Below, piece by piece: positions 8,707 through 18,651 of a DNA stretch of 64,000 nt (position 1 is the first letter of the stretch; each line of letters opens with the position of its first letter). The notes below the pieces were generated by a model, which saw only the letters and a program-made list of their open reading frames with translations, searched no databases and was not told where the DNA came from. Origin of the DNA: Candidatus Latescibacterota bacterium (GTDB lineage: Bacteria > Latescibacterota > UBA2968 > UBA8231); the NCBI GenBank assembly GCA_965203355.1, contig OZ241889.1:3168001-3232000 (forward strand). Direction: 5' to 3'. A program made the position numbers and the translations under genes.

Positions 8707-10719
8707 TCAATACGCTACCGACACTGCGTGCAATTGCGCTGCTTTTTCCCTATCGGCATCTACCTTTATGTGCAGGAGGTAGATGCCCGGCGGGACCAAC
8801 GCCCCTTGGTCGTCGCGCCCATCCCATTGCTCGGTGTAAAAACCCTTGTTGAACTTCCCGCGCACCAAGGCCCTGACCCGCTGGCCTGTAAGGGTATAGA
8901 CTCCGATCTCAGTGGCGGTATCTTCCACGCCCAGCAGCGTAAACGCCATGTTGAGCTCGTCGTTGATGCGGTCGCCGTTGGGCGTCAAAAACCGCGAATC
9001 CAACGCAATCGCGGAAAGCACTTCTAGGGCGGTCCCGGTGGCAAAGACGCGGATGTCGTCGCTCTGAAGTGCTGCACTCGCGTCGCCCGGATCAATCGAC
9101 TGGGGCAAGTTTTCTCCCGTCAATTCCAACACCTCGCCGAGAAAGTAGGTAGTAAAATCCAACAAGGCCGTGCGAAAGGTCAGCCGCAGATGTTCCTCGC
9201 CATCAGCGCGCACGACCTTATGCGCGGGAAAATACACGGCTAAAACCCCGGCGGCGAAGCGGACGCTGTCCGGGATTACTTCCGCGCGCGGCTGGCCAAT
9301 CTCCAGCTTGACGAATTCGGCTTTAGCTCCAGTATTGAGTTTGATCGCATCAAAACCGAGCTGACCGTCGGTGCCAAAACTAGCCAAGACATCGTAGACA
9401 AATGTCGTTTCTTGGCCGGCCGGCACTTCGGGCACCCGGCCTCCGCCCCCAGCCAACCCCACCTCGCCAACGAGGGATTCCACGAGGAGCGGCGAGTATT
9501 CAATCGCCACGGATTTCACCCGACCGAAAGTGTGGAAATCCTCAGCCGCCATGTTAAACTGAAGCTGCATGTAACGCCGTGCATCCGGCGAACGGAGCAA
9601 CTGGCCGGAAAGATCGTAGGGCGTCGACCAAGAACTCCAGTTTTGCTCGTCGAGCTTGATCGACGATTTGTCGCCGGGGCGATCGCCCTCGACAAAGGGC
9701 GATTGCTCCAGGGCCTTGTTGTAAATCGCTTCCGCTACTTGCCGTTCCGCCCCCATGTCGCTGATGATGTAGTACGCCTTGGGGGTATCGTCCTTGCCGG
9801 TGCGCGTTTCCAACACCAAGCTAACAGGCGCGTCTGGAGCCGGCAGGGGCTCTGGTGCGCCCGGGGTTTTGCGAAACTTTTCAAACTGCCAAAAAATGCG
9901 CCCAAAATTCACCGGTGTTCCCAAGTCGATAACCGCTGTGCGATAACTGGTCTCTGGCGCAAATCCCTCGCCGTACACTTCAATCTCGCTCAGCATGTAC
10001 ACCTGTGCGATCAGATTGAAGGCGATGCGCAAAAAACGCAGCGTCTGCGTGGGAAAGCGGACATCTATAACGCGGTCGGAGTTGACAAAGGTGCGCGATA
10101 GTACCTGCGCTAGGGTGTGCGGCCGGTCTTCTTCGCTGAGCAGGAGAAAATCCACCGGGTCTCTGGCACCCGACATTTCATACGCCCGGGGGAAGCGCTG
10201 CTTTCTCAAGCCTCCGCCTTCGTCCAGTCCGGTCGCCGGCGGATAGAATACCACGCGGTTTATGGGAATGGGAAACGCAAAGTCAAACGTATATATATCT
10301 TCCCGGCGACCCCCACCCACTACAGACCAGCGCAGCTTGGTCACCGTAGCGAGATCCCCGTCGATGACCTGAAAAGGGGCCGTGTGGTAGAGCGGCAGAA
10401 TACTGGTCCAGAAACGAGGCGTTACCCCCAGTTCAAAATCGTCCCTTTTGGGTTGCTTGCCTAGCTGCCAAGTGCTACCCAGAATCGTGGTATATTCGCC
10501 GCTTTCCGTGCGGGGACCGGCGATGATATTCTGCTGCGGCAAGAGCTCAAGGGGCTGTAGGCCCTCATCGACGGAGACCATCTCCAAGCCGACGACTCGC
10601 TCACCCAGTTCGTCCCATGGGACCCCGCCCGGTCCGAGGACCAAGGTGTGGACCTCGGCCCGCAGCGGCTCGATACCGCCCAACAACACCGCCGCAACGG
10701 CAATGAAAGTACTTTTCAT
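8707..10719 (-). CDS. Secreted protein with FlgD-Ig/CHU_C-like C-terminal domain (paralog)
   Basis: Signal peptide; TPNGDRIND...YTLTGQRVR...WDGRD...VPPGIY...VSVAY. Confidence 0.8.
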   Translation of the reverse strand: MKSTFIAVAAVLLGGIEPLRAEVHTLVLGPGGVPWDELGERVVGLEMVSVDEGLQPLELLPQQNIIAGPRTESGEYTTILGSTWQLGKQPKRDDFELGVTPRFWTSILPLYHTAPFQVIDGDLATVTKLRWSVVGGGRREDIYTFDFAFPIPINRVVFYPPATGLDEGGGLRKQRFPRAYEMSGARDPVDFLLLSEEDRPHTLAQVLSRTFVNSDRVIDVRFPTQTLRFLRIAFNLIAQVYMLSEIEVYGEGFAPETSYRTAVIDLGTPVNFGRIFWQFEKFRKTPGAPEPLPAPDAPVSLVLETRTGKDDTPKAYYIISDMGAERQVAEAIYNKALEQSPFVEGDRPGDKSSIKLDEQNWSSWSTPYDLSGQLLRSPDARRYMQLQFNMAAEDFHTFGRVKSVAIEYSPLLVESLVGEVGLAGGGGRVPEVPAGQETTFVYDVLASFGTDGQLGFDAIKLNTGAKAEFVKLEIGQPRAEVIPDSVRFAAGVLAVYFPAHKVVRADGEEHLRLTFRTALLDFTTYFLGEVLELTGENLPQSIDPGDASAALQSDDIRVFATGTALEVLSAIALDSRFLTPNGDRINDELNMAFTLLGVEDTATEIGVYTLTGQRVRALVRGKFNKGFYTEQWDGRDDQGALVPPGIYLLHIKVDADREKAAQLHAVSVAY

Positions 10720-10909
10720 TCGTCCAAACCTTTGGGCGCGGTGAATCCGCGAGTGCGTAGCTTATGTTGAGATGTAGGCGACAGAATATACGGCAGCACA
10801 ACGGTGCTATAAACCCTCGCGCTCAAGGGAAATCACTTGTCGCGGTTCATGTTCTGCCCTAGAATAAATTTTTATGCTAATGGCTGCCCCAGACTAGCGA
10901 TAACACACC

Positions 10910-12466
10910 ATGCCTAACGCCACCCACGCCCTGCTGCTTCCCAACCAAGTTGACGAGACCCTCGCCACGCACTTTGCCGAACTCGGCGTTGGCACAATCG
11001 CCGCCTACAAGCTCTGGTGTCATCGGCACGGCCGGAGCACGGCGTTGGACAAAACGCCGCAAGAGCGGGCCGAGGAGCGGGCGCTTTTCGCCGCGTTGCA
11101 GCCCTCAGTAGATCCAGCCGCGAGCAAGGAACACGACCCGCGCCGCGCCGCGCTGATTGGCCGGCTATTCAACGGCGAGCTAGCAGGCGAAAAGCTCAAC
11201 GACCTACTCTCGCGGCTCCGCGTTGAACGCAACGCGCTGGCCAGCGACCCAGCCGCCCAAAAGGCCCTAGGGCAACTCGTGCTGCACGTTGAAAAATACG
11301 GCCACTTGCTGCGGCCCATGCCCGTGCTCAAACGCCTCGGGGCCAACCGCGCCAACACCTATATCGCCGCCTTGGGGCAACTAGCGCGGCATCACCGCGA
11401 CTGGTTGCGGCCCGTGGCGGCGTGGCGGCCCGACACGGCGAAAGAGCGGCCGCAGTTCCAGTCGCTAGCGCGGCACCTGCTCGCCCGCTACGAGGTTCCC
11501 GCCCCCATGGACACCGCTTGGCTCCAAGGGCATACCGAGGAAGCCCATCAGCATCAGGAGTGGTTCAAGCACGTAGCCGGGGGGCAAAACCTGCGCACCG
11601 CCGGGGTGCCGATGCAGGTCACCAAACGCATGGCGCATATCTTCATGCAGATAAAGCATCCGCATCATACGCTGCTTCAGGCGCTGCGCATGGCCCAAGT
11701 GGAGGCCCTCGGCGGCGACACCCATGCCGCTTGGTACGCAGCGGCCACGCCGCTGGGCGACTCGTTGGAAAACGAGGACTTCTGGATCTCGGTCGTCCAC
11801 TTCTACGTCAACAACCACCCCATGCTACACCGCAGCTATTTCCTGCCGGTCTACGACTACATCCGCCATCAGAAGTACCTGCCCCAGCAGATCACCCAGC
11901 CCGACGGCACCCAAATCGCCGGGCCACCGCCGCAGCCCAACTTCTGCATGAAGGGTCGCAGTGCGGCCAAGCTGCTCAACCAAGTTGATGAATGGCACGA
12001 GACGTTGTCGGGCGCCGAAGACGTGCCGCTCAAGACGTGGGCGGCCACGGGTTTGGCTGGTTTCCATCTCGAAGAATACGACGCGCAGCTTAGGTGTAAC
12101 CTCGTCTGGACCATCTACGAACTCTGCACCTCACAACAGCTCCAAGCCGAAGGCCGCATCATGGGCCACTGCGTCTTTTCTTACACCCAGCGCTGCCTTG
12201 CTGGCGACATCTCGATCTGGTCGCTGCGGGCGCTCAACGCCGACGCCGAAGAGGCCCTCGAAAAGCGCGTCCTCACCATCGCCGTTGACAACCGCCAGCG
12301 GGCCGTCACCCAAGCCCGAGGCAAGTTCAACATGGCGCTCAATCAGCGGGAGCGGCTCGAAAAGAGACGCCTAGCGGGGTCCACATACGTGCATTTGTTG
12401 CGCGAGTCAGCGCGAATTTTGCGCTCGTGGAGCGATAGAGCGGGGTTAATCAATAAAAGCACGTAG
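10910..12466 (+). CDS. PcfJ-like domain protein
   Basis: C-terminal ELCT..L.AEG..MGHCV.SY...C..G..SIWSLR...LTI.V...V.QARGK.N pattern typical of PcfJ. Confidence 0.75.
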   Translation: MPNATHALLLPNQVDETLATHFAELGVGTIAAYKLWCHRHGRSTALDKTPQERAEERALFAALQPSVDPAASKEHDPRRAALIGRLFNGELAGEKLNDLLSRLRVERNALASDPAAQKALGQLVLHVEKYGHLLRPMPVLKRLGANRANTYIAALGQLARHHRDWLRPVAAWRPDTAKERPQFQSLARHLLARYEVPAPMDTAWLQGHTEEAHQHQEWFKHVAGGQNLRTAGVPMQVTKRMAHIFMQIKHPHHTLLQALRMAQVEALGGDTHAAWYAAATPLGDSLENEDFWISVVHFYVNNHPMLHRSYFLPVYDYIRHQKYLPQQITQPDGTQIAGPPPQPNFCMKGRSAAKLLNQVDEWHETLSGAEDVPLKTWAATGLAGFHLEEYDAQLRCNLVWTIYELCTSQQLQAEGRIMGHCVFSYTQRCLAGDISIWSLRALNADAEEALEKRVLTIAVDNRQRAVTQARGKFNMALNQRERLEKRRLAGSTYVHLLRESARILRSWSDRAGLINKST

Positions 12467-12472
12467 CTACAT

Positions 12473-12862
12473 TTACAATTTGAAGAGAAGCGTACCCATC
12501 ATCGACAGCCAAGTAGTAATAACCAAGCCGATAACCAAGTTAAATTTGCCGTTGAACTCGCGGCGTAGTTCGCGTATTTCGACCTCAATCTTGCCTTCCA
12601 TTTTGCCATCGAGCGCGTCAATCTTGCCCGCAAATTCGCGAGCGAGCGCGTCGAACTTGTCTTCCATTTTGCTATCGAGCGCGTCGAGCTGGCCCGCAAA
12701 TTCGCGAGCGAGCGCGTCAATCTCGCCGGCGACTTTGCTATCGAGCGCGTCGATCTTGGCATTGTTTTCGCGCACATCCATCTCGATCAGACTCAGGCGA
12801 TGGTCGATCTGCTGCAAAACATCGCGGGTGGTGAACTCGGGCGAGGATTGTGGGGTAGACAT
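12473..12862 (-). CDS. Coiled-coil protein with 11-aa repeats and C-terminal TM anchor (DUF1640/CCDC90-like)
   Basis: IDALDSKVAGE/IDALAREFAGQ/LDALDSKMEDK/FDALAREFAGK/IDALDGKMEGK, then hydrophobic LVIGLVITTWLSMMGTLLF. Confidence 0.75.
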   Translation of the reverse strand: MSTPQSSPEFTTRDVLQQIDHRLSLIEMDVRENNAKIDALDSKVAGEIDALAREFAGQLDALDSKMEDKFDALAREFAGKIDALDGKMEGKIEVEIRELRREFNGKFNLVIGLVITTWLSMMGTLLFKL

Positions 12863-13066
12863 GGTGGGATCCTTTCGCATTGGGTTAAAGATAATCGGCT
12901 ACCTAGCGTATGCAAAATGCAGGCCAAGCCGTTTTAAGCTGAATAATGGTGCTTTGTCGGCGATACGGTGTAGCATGATCGAAACAGACCTGTTGCGATT
13001 CTGCCACGGTCAGGGGGGCGACCTTTTCTATTCGCAGCGATCCGATGTGAGCCATTTGACTGAAGG

Positions 13067-14971
13067 TTAATAGGCCACACCGAGCGTCCTAACCAACACC
13101 TCTTCCCCGGATTCGGTCTCAGCCGCAATACGCGCGATGTAAGCCCCTGGCGACACCAACTCACCGGTCGCATCGCGGCCATCCCAAGTGTGCTCGTAGG
13201 CTCCGGCCGACAAGGCGTCGAAAAATAGCTGGCGCACCCGGCGTCCAGCCAAATCGTATATGCCGAGCGAACAATCCACTTCTCGCACTAGGCGTAGTAC
13301 TTGGAACGCAATGCGACTCTCTTCGTTGACGCCATCTCCATTGGGCGTACACACCGCCGGTACAATCTGCATCGCCGATAAAATCCCCCCTCCGGCGGCG
13401 TTAGAGAAAAAGACCCGATTGGTGTTGGTGCCCACACTCGGACTAGCATCGCCGGCCGCGACCGGCTGGGGCAAACGGCCCCCAGAGTCAATTAGGTGGC
13501 TCACCAAATCAGTGGCATAGACCAGAATAGCCGTGCGAAAGGTAACGCGCAGCGGCTGATTGTTGCTCGGCGTGACCCGGTTCGATGGAAAGTACAGCCT
13601 CAGCCCCTGTGCATCCGCGGACACGCTGTCGGGCGTCACTTCGACGAGCGGCGTGCCCCGCTCGAACTTGAGCAACGTCGGTTCGGTCGGGGTCGCAATG
13701 TGCAAACCATCGAACCCAACCTGCGCGTCGCTGCCAAACTCCGCCCGGATGTCGTAGGTAAAAAGGGTATCGCGACCGGCTGGCACTGCGACGATACCGC
13801 TTGGGGGAAATGGGTCTGCGACAACAGCTATCTCGCCGACGGCGCGGTCCGCGAGCGGCAGCGAATAGCTGATAGCCAGGCTCTCTATCTGAACGAGGTC
13901 GGTAGAAGTGCCGCGAAAAAAGAGCTGGAAATCAAAATACTTCCTTGGGCCGGGCAGTTCGAGGGGATAGATAAAAGTCCCGGTCGAATCAATGCGGATC
14001 GGATTCTTCCAAGTCCAGTTTTCGGCATCGTCGAGGATGGAACCGCGAAAATCTTCCGCCAGCTTGGCATAGGCGTCGGCCGTTGTGGGCTGTTCTGAGC
14101 CGGTTTCGCGATCGACGATTGCAAAATGGACCAAAGGGGTCTCGTCAGCGCCGTTGCGCAAGGTCAGGTCCACAAACGCGGCCGCCGCCGGGGTCGGCAA
14201 TAGCACACCGTCCGGCTGTCGGCGCAACTTGGTGGCTTTGATCGAGAGCGTACCGAGCAGTGCGGCCGTGGGCAGTTCAATGAGCTTGGAATGGTACGTG
14301 CCCACGGGCACGAACCCGGCACCAAAGGCTTGGATTTCCGCTATTTCAAACGGATTGGGCGACAGGACGCGCAGCCGGATAAAGCGAATTAGCTGCACTG
14401 GAAAGTCGATTATCGTCCTCGGCTCGGGCTGCAAGTCAACGCGCTTTAAGACTTGATAGCGCGGCTCTCCTTGCTGGGTATAGTCGCGCCCATCGCTTAC
14501 GGAAAGTTCAAAAGCCCTGGGGAAGGCGTCGGGAAAGGAGGGGCGCGGGAAGTAGATCAGGCGATTGACCGGAAAGGAAACCCCCAAGTCTAAAAAAAAG
14601 ATGCGTCCAGTCTGATCGGTCCCCAGCCCTTTGAAGCGGTCGCCGGAGGAAGTCTGCTCATCGCCATCGACCAAGGCAGCGGCCGAGCCTTCGATCGCGG
14701 CATTGTCCCAGATGTGGGCGCGGCCTTCGGCGACAAAGTCCAACGTGGGTGCGTCGCTCCAATCGAGCGAGCCGAGGATGTTGTCGGTTGCGACCAAGCC
14801 GATGGGATGGATCAGAGCCGGATCTTGCAAATCTACTCCTCCGACCACCGCGGCCTGGGAACCCCAAGCAAGCCCGTCCTCCCCAACCCTATAGCTTTCG
14901 ACCTGTGCTGCAAGCGGCACGCTCAGCCAACAGACCCCCCACAAAGTGAGCCCGCTCGCCAGCCGTCTCAT
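13067..14971 (-). CDS. Secreted protein with FlgD-Ig/CHU_C-like C-terminal domain (third paralog)
   Basis: Start overlaps the upstream stop (ATGA); TPNGDGVNE...IYDLAGRRVR...WDGRD...VSPGAY...LGVAY. Confidence 0.8.
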   Translation of the reverse strand: MRRLASGLTLWGVCWLSVPLAAQVESYRVGEDGLAWGSQAAVVGGVDLQDPALIHPIGLVATDNILGSLDWSDAPTLDFVAEGRAHIWDNAAIEGSAAALVDGDEQTSSGDRFKGLGTDQTGRIFFLDLGVSFPVNRLIYFPRPSFPDAFPRAFELSVSDGRDYTQQGEPRYQVLKRVDLQPEPRTIIDFPVQLIRFIRLRVLSPNPFEIAEIQAFGAGFVPVGTYHSKLIELPTAALLGTLSIKATKLRRQPDGVLLPTPAAAAFVDLTLRNGADETPLVHFAIVDRETGSEQPTTADAYAKLAEDFRGSILDDAENWTWKNPIRIDSTGTFIYPLELPGPRKYFDFQLFFRGTSTDLVQIESLAISYSLPLADRAVGEIAVVADPFPPSGIVAVPAGRDTLFTYDIRAEFGSDAQVGFDGLHIATPTEPTLLKFERGTPLVEVTPDSVSADAQGLRLYFPSNRVTPSNNQPLRVTFRTAILVYATDLVSHLIDSGGRLPQPVAAGDASPSVGTNTNRVFFSNAAGGGILSAMQIVPAVCTPNGDGVNEESRIAFQVLRLVREVDCSLGIYDLAGRRVRQLFFDALSAGAYEHTWDGRDATGELVSPGAYIARIAAETESGEEVLVRTLGVAY

Positions 14972-15681
14972 TCCGGCACCCACTGATACCCCCTGAAAAC
15001 CTCGCGCTGGAAGCGATACGCCAGTGCTATGGTCTCGATGGGTTGCTGCCTGAAGTCGAAGCGAATCGCCACGTCGCTGAGGTGAACGGTGAACGCATTG
15101 ATATCGTGAGGTAAGGCGGGAAACACCACATACCCCTCGACTTCTTGGCCGCTGAAAACGGCTTCGTCTGGATACATCGTGCGGGTCAGAATCTCCCGGC
15201 GCTCTTGGAAGACGCTGTAGGCATTACCCGCATATCCGGGGATCATAGAAGCATAGAATTCGAGAATATCCCTTCTGTTGAGCGGATCGTACTCGCGGCC
15301 AGCCTGTTGGGAGACGAGCGTTATGCGAGCGGGGTCCAGATGCACCTTGGGATATTCGTAGTTTTTCACCTGAACCGAAAAGACGGTGTACTTGGGTGGC
15401 GTGTAGGTATCGCCCAGCGGCTTCCAGTTGCCAAAGGTATATGGATTCTTGGAGTTGGCACCCGCCATTGAGTAGTCGGCGAATTGACGGTTCAGCTCTT
15501 CGTCCGTCATGGGACGCAGGGAAATTTCGAGGCGGTTAAAAACGGCCACAATGGTCCCGTCGTCCTCAACCGAAGCATAGGCTTCTTGGCTTTTTTCGGG
15601 TGCGGGTTGGATCGGCCCGGGGAAATAGCGACCACAACCGACCAGCACCAGCAGCACCAAGCCCCCCAAGTATGGACTCAT
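14968..15681 (-). CDS. Hypothetical lipoprotein
   Basis: GGGGAG RBS; MSPYLGGLVLLVLVGC lipobox. Confidence 0.75.
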   Translation of the reverse strand: MSPYLGGLVLLVLVGCGRYFPGPIQPAPEKSQEAYASVEDDGTIVAVFNRLEISLRPMTDEELNRQFADYSMAGANSKNPYTFGNWKPLGDTYTPPKYTVFSVQVKNYEYPKVHLDPARITLVSQQAGREYDPLNRRDILEFYASMIPGYAGNAYSVFQERREILTRTMYPDEAVFSGQEVEGYVVFPALPHDINAFTVHLSDVAIRFDFRQQPIETIALAYRFQREVFRGYQWVPE

Positions 15682-15777
15682 GGCAAAGCACTCCCCAACA
15701 TCCGACAAAACGCGCAAGCGGGGGAGTAGAGATAGGCCCATCTCCCCTCCCCCGCTGTGCAATAAAGTGGAGAAATT

Positions 15778-16686
15778 TTACTCGTCGAAAGTCGCCTTAA
15801 TTTTTCCCCAAGTGCTGCCTTCGACCGCCGTGCCAACATCGCTGCCCCGGGTGTACTCACCTACGGTCAATAGGGTAAAGTCAGAAGCGAAATCCTGGTC
15901 TCGATGCGCTCCGTTGACGTCCCCGGTGACCAACTGGTGCGTCCGGGCGGCCCCTTCGGCCGGAGTCGTATCGGCTTCGTTGAGCTGATAGGTGAGACCA
16001 ATGGTCATTCCCGGCTGCAAGACCACGCGCTCTGTAGAGGCCTCGTCGTTTTCTAGGTTGACCCACAGCGGCATGGCGAACTCATAGCCGAGGGTGACAT
16101 TGGTCGATCCATGCGTAGCACCAGGCGGGCTGAGGCCGACGTCGCTCTCAATGTAGGCCGTGGCCCACTGCTTGGCCGGATCGGCGTCTTTGCGCAACCA
16201 AGTCGTGCCGTTGCCGTAGGGCGTCGAATACCCACCGGGCACCTGCACGTGCATGGTCCACTGCTGCGCGTTCACTTGATTCGGATCGCGGTACGGACCC
16301 CCGCTGTGGTCGCCATCGGTAATGATTTCGAGATCGTCCTCATACCATCCATTTTCCGGATCCGTTTCGGCCGCGTGCAGCGAATCGTCCGTCACTCGCA
16401 CAAAGCCATAGATGCGGTTGTCCGGGGCCTGCGTCCAAGCGGTCCTGATGGAAACATCGATATCGCTCTTGTCTGGAATCACCTGCTGTACGACCTCGCC
16501 CATTTCGTCGGGCGTGACGATGAAATTGGGATCGTACCACGCCCAATCTCCGTCCTCACCATCGGCGACGTACGTCACATCCGTCGGCCATTCCAAAGCG
16601 AAATACCCAAAACCATTGGCGTTGCTGTGCGCCAAGCACGCGCTCGCAGCCAATAGCAAAACGCCAAAAACAGCAAAAATTCTCAT
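15778..16686 (-). CDS. Secreted DOMON/CBM9-like protein with C-terminal TWGKIK motif
   Basis: GGAGG RBS; signal peptide; DG.D.DW, Y..V.V.DD, D.LEI..DGDHSGG and YEFAMP motifs; ends TAVEGSTWGKIKATFDE. Confidence 0.75.
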   Translation of the reverse strand: MRIFAVFGVLLLAASACLAHSNANGFGYFALEWPTDVTYVADGEDGDWAWYDPNFIVTPDEMGEVVQQVIPDKSDIDVSIRTAWTQAPDNRIYGFVRVTDDSLHAAETDPENGWYEDDLEIITDGDHSGGPYRDPNQVNAQQWTMHVQVPGGYSTPYGNGTTWLRKDADPAKQWATAYIESDVGLSPPGATHGSTNVTLGYEFAMPLWVNLENDEASTERVVLQPGMTIGLTYQLNEADTTPAEGAARTHQLVTGDVNGAHRDQDFASDFTLLTVGEYTRGSDVGTAVEGSTWGKIKATFDE

Positions 16687-16865
16687 GGTGATCCTCCTTT
16701 TAGAGAGTAGGTTGGCTGTTTTATCCGTCCGATACGCTCTTTCTACCAAGCTAAAACCTCCTTTTTGACGAGTTATAACCTGCGCCCTTTTGCCCGTTCA
16801 AGGTATTTAATAGCATAGTGAATGAGCACAGTGAATGTCAACTTTACGACGATTGGTACAACACC

Positions 16866-18599
16866 ATGCTTAACTACGTGCTGAGCGGCTTGCTCGCCTG
16901 CGGCCTACTCTCTGCCTGCGGTGGCGATGGCAACGACAAAGCGGCCGTCCCCCGCAACCGCTCGCTCATAATGAACTGCACACCGCCTAACACCTGCGCC
17001 GGCCAGATCCAAGACTACGATTCCTTCAACCCATTTCTCCCCGGCAGCATCTCCAGCACCGGCCACAACTTCCTCTACGAACCCCTCTACTTCTACAACC
17101 CCTATGGCAAAGACCCAAACCTCATACCCTGGATCGCAACCAGCCACGAGTACAACGACGACTTCACTGAAGTAACTATCCACCTCAGAGAAGGAGTAAA
17201 ATGGAGCGACGGCACTCCTTGGACCGCGGCCGATCTGGTATTCACAATCGACATGCTCAAAAAGAACGCCCCGGTCCTCAACGCCTCGGTGGATATGGAG
17301 CTATGGGTCGCCGAGGCCCGCGTCGTGGACGACTTGCAGGCGAAAATCGCGCTAAAATCGCCCAATCCGCGCTTCGTATTCGAGTATTTGACCAACCACT
17401 TCGGCAACGGCATCCCCATTGTCCCTAAGCATATCTGGGCGGGGCAAGACGCCAAAACCTTTGCCAACTTAGATCGCCAACGCGGCTGGCCCGTAGTCAG
17501 CGGCCCCTACCGGCTCGTCCTTTCCGAGCCTCAGCAACGGATCTGGGATCTGCGGCCCGACTGGTGGGCGGCTGAGACGGGTTTTCGCCGACTCCCCCGC
17601 GTACAACGCCTGATCTACCTGCCCTACATGGACGAAGACAAAAGGGTGCAATTACTGATCAGCAACCAAATGGACACCTGTCTGGACCTGCGCCCGTCCA
17701 ATATCAAGACCATTCTCGACCAAAATCCCGCTGTATCTACGTGGACTGGCCGCCACCCCCCCTACGGCTACCTCGATTGGTGGCCCATCGCCTTGGGCTT
17801 TAACAATCTCGAAGCTCCTTTTGCCGATGCGGAAATCCGCTGGGCCATCAACTACGCCATTGACCGGCAGCAACTCGTCGCAGTCGGGTGGCAGGGCGCG
17901 GGGACCTATTCGCTGCTGCCCTTCCCAGATTTCCCGGCCCTGCGCCGTTTCACCGGCCCGATCGCGGATCTGCTCGCTCGCTATCCGGTCGGCACGTACG
18001 ACCCGGCCAAGACTGCGGAGATCATGCAACGCCGAGGCTGGTCCCGCGAAAAAGGCATCTGGACCAAGGAAGGCGAGCCGTTCAAAATTACCATTGATCT
18101 GCATCCGAATCTCCACGACATCGCCCCCGTGCTGGTCGAACAGCTACGCCGCGCTGGCTTTGATGCCGGCTTCAGAATGACTTCCGATTATTATACGCGC
18201 ATGACCGTGGGCGACGCCCGGGCCTTCCTGATCGGCAATGCGGGCAGCGTACGCGACCCGTATTTCACCCTCAGACTCTATCACAGCCGCTACGTGCAAC
18301 CGACCGGCACCGCCGCTATCTACTTCTGGCGCTGGCAAAACGCCCACTTCGATCAGTTCCTCGATCGCATGGCTGGCACGGCCCCGGACGATCCGCAACT
18401 GCTCGAACACTTTCGGCAAGCCATGGAAATCTGGCTGCGCGAACTGCCCTCCATTCCACTGCTCCAGTGGTACCACAGAATCCCCCACAACGAAACCTAC
18501 TGGCAGAACTGGCCGACCGCTGAGACGCCCTATATCAACAGTGCCTACTGGGCGCGCACTTGGCTACTGGTTCTCCTCGAACTCGAACCGGTGCAATAA
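16866..18599 (+). CDS. ABC transporter substrate-binding lipoprotein, family 5 (OppA/DppA-like)
   Basis: Lipobox LSAC; LREGVKWSDGTPWTAADLVFT signature. No permease genes adjacent. Confidence 0.9.
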   Translation: MLNYVLSGLLACGLLSACGGDGNDKAAVPRNRSLIMNCTPPNTCAGQIQDYDSFNPFLPGSISSTGHNFLYEPLYFYNPYGKDPNLIPWIATSHEYNDDFTEVTIHLREGVKWSDGTPWTAADLVFTIDMLKKNAPVLNASVDMELWVAEARVVDDLQAKIALKSPNPRFVFEYLTNHFGNGIPIVPKHIWAGQDAKTFANLDRQRGWPVVSGPYRLVLSEPQQRIWDLRPDWWAAETGFRRLPRVQRLIYLPYMDEDKRVQLLISNQMDTCLDLRPSNIKTILDQNPAVSTWTGRHPPYGYLDWWPIALGFNNLEAPFADAEIRWAINYAIDRQQLVAVGWQGAGTYSLLPFPDFPALRRFTGPIADLLARYPVGTYDPAKTAEIMQRRGWSREKGIWTKEGEPFKITIDLHPNLHDIAPVLVEQLRRAGFDAGFRMTSDYYTRMTVGDARAFLIGNAGSVRDPYFTLRLYHSRYVQPTGTAAIYFWRWQNAHFDQFLDRMAGTAPDDPQLLEHFRQAMEIWLRELPSIPLLQWYHRIPHNETYWQNWPTAETPYINSAYWARTWLLVLLELEPVQ

Positions 18600-18651
18600 A
18601 TTGCAAACCTCGCCCGGCACCCGCACCCTCCTAAACTGTGGAGAAGTTATA

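Noticed and set aside
12560-12760. CRISPR-like periodic repeats
   Set aside because: These are in-frame coding repeats without unique spacers, and there are no cas genes in the window.
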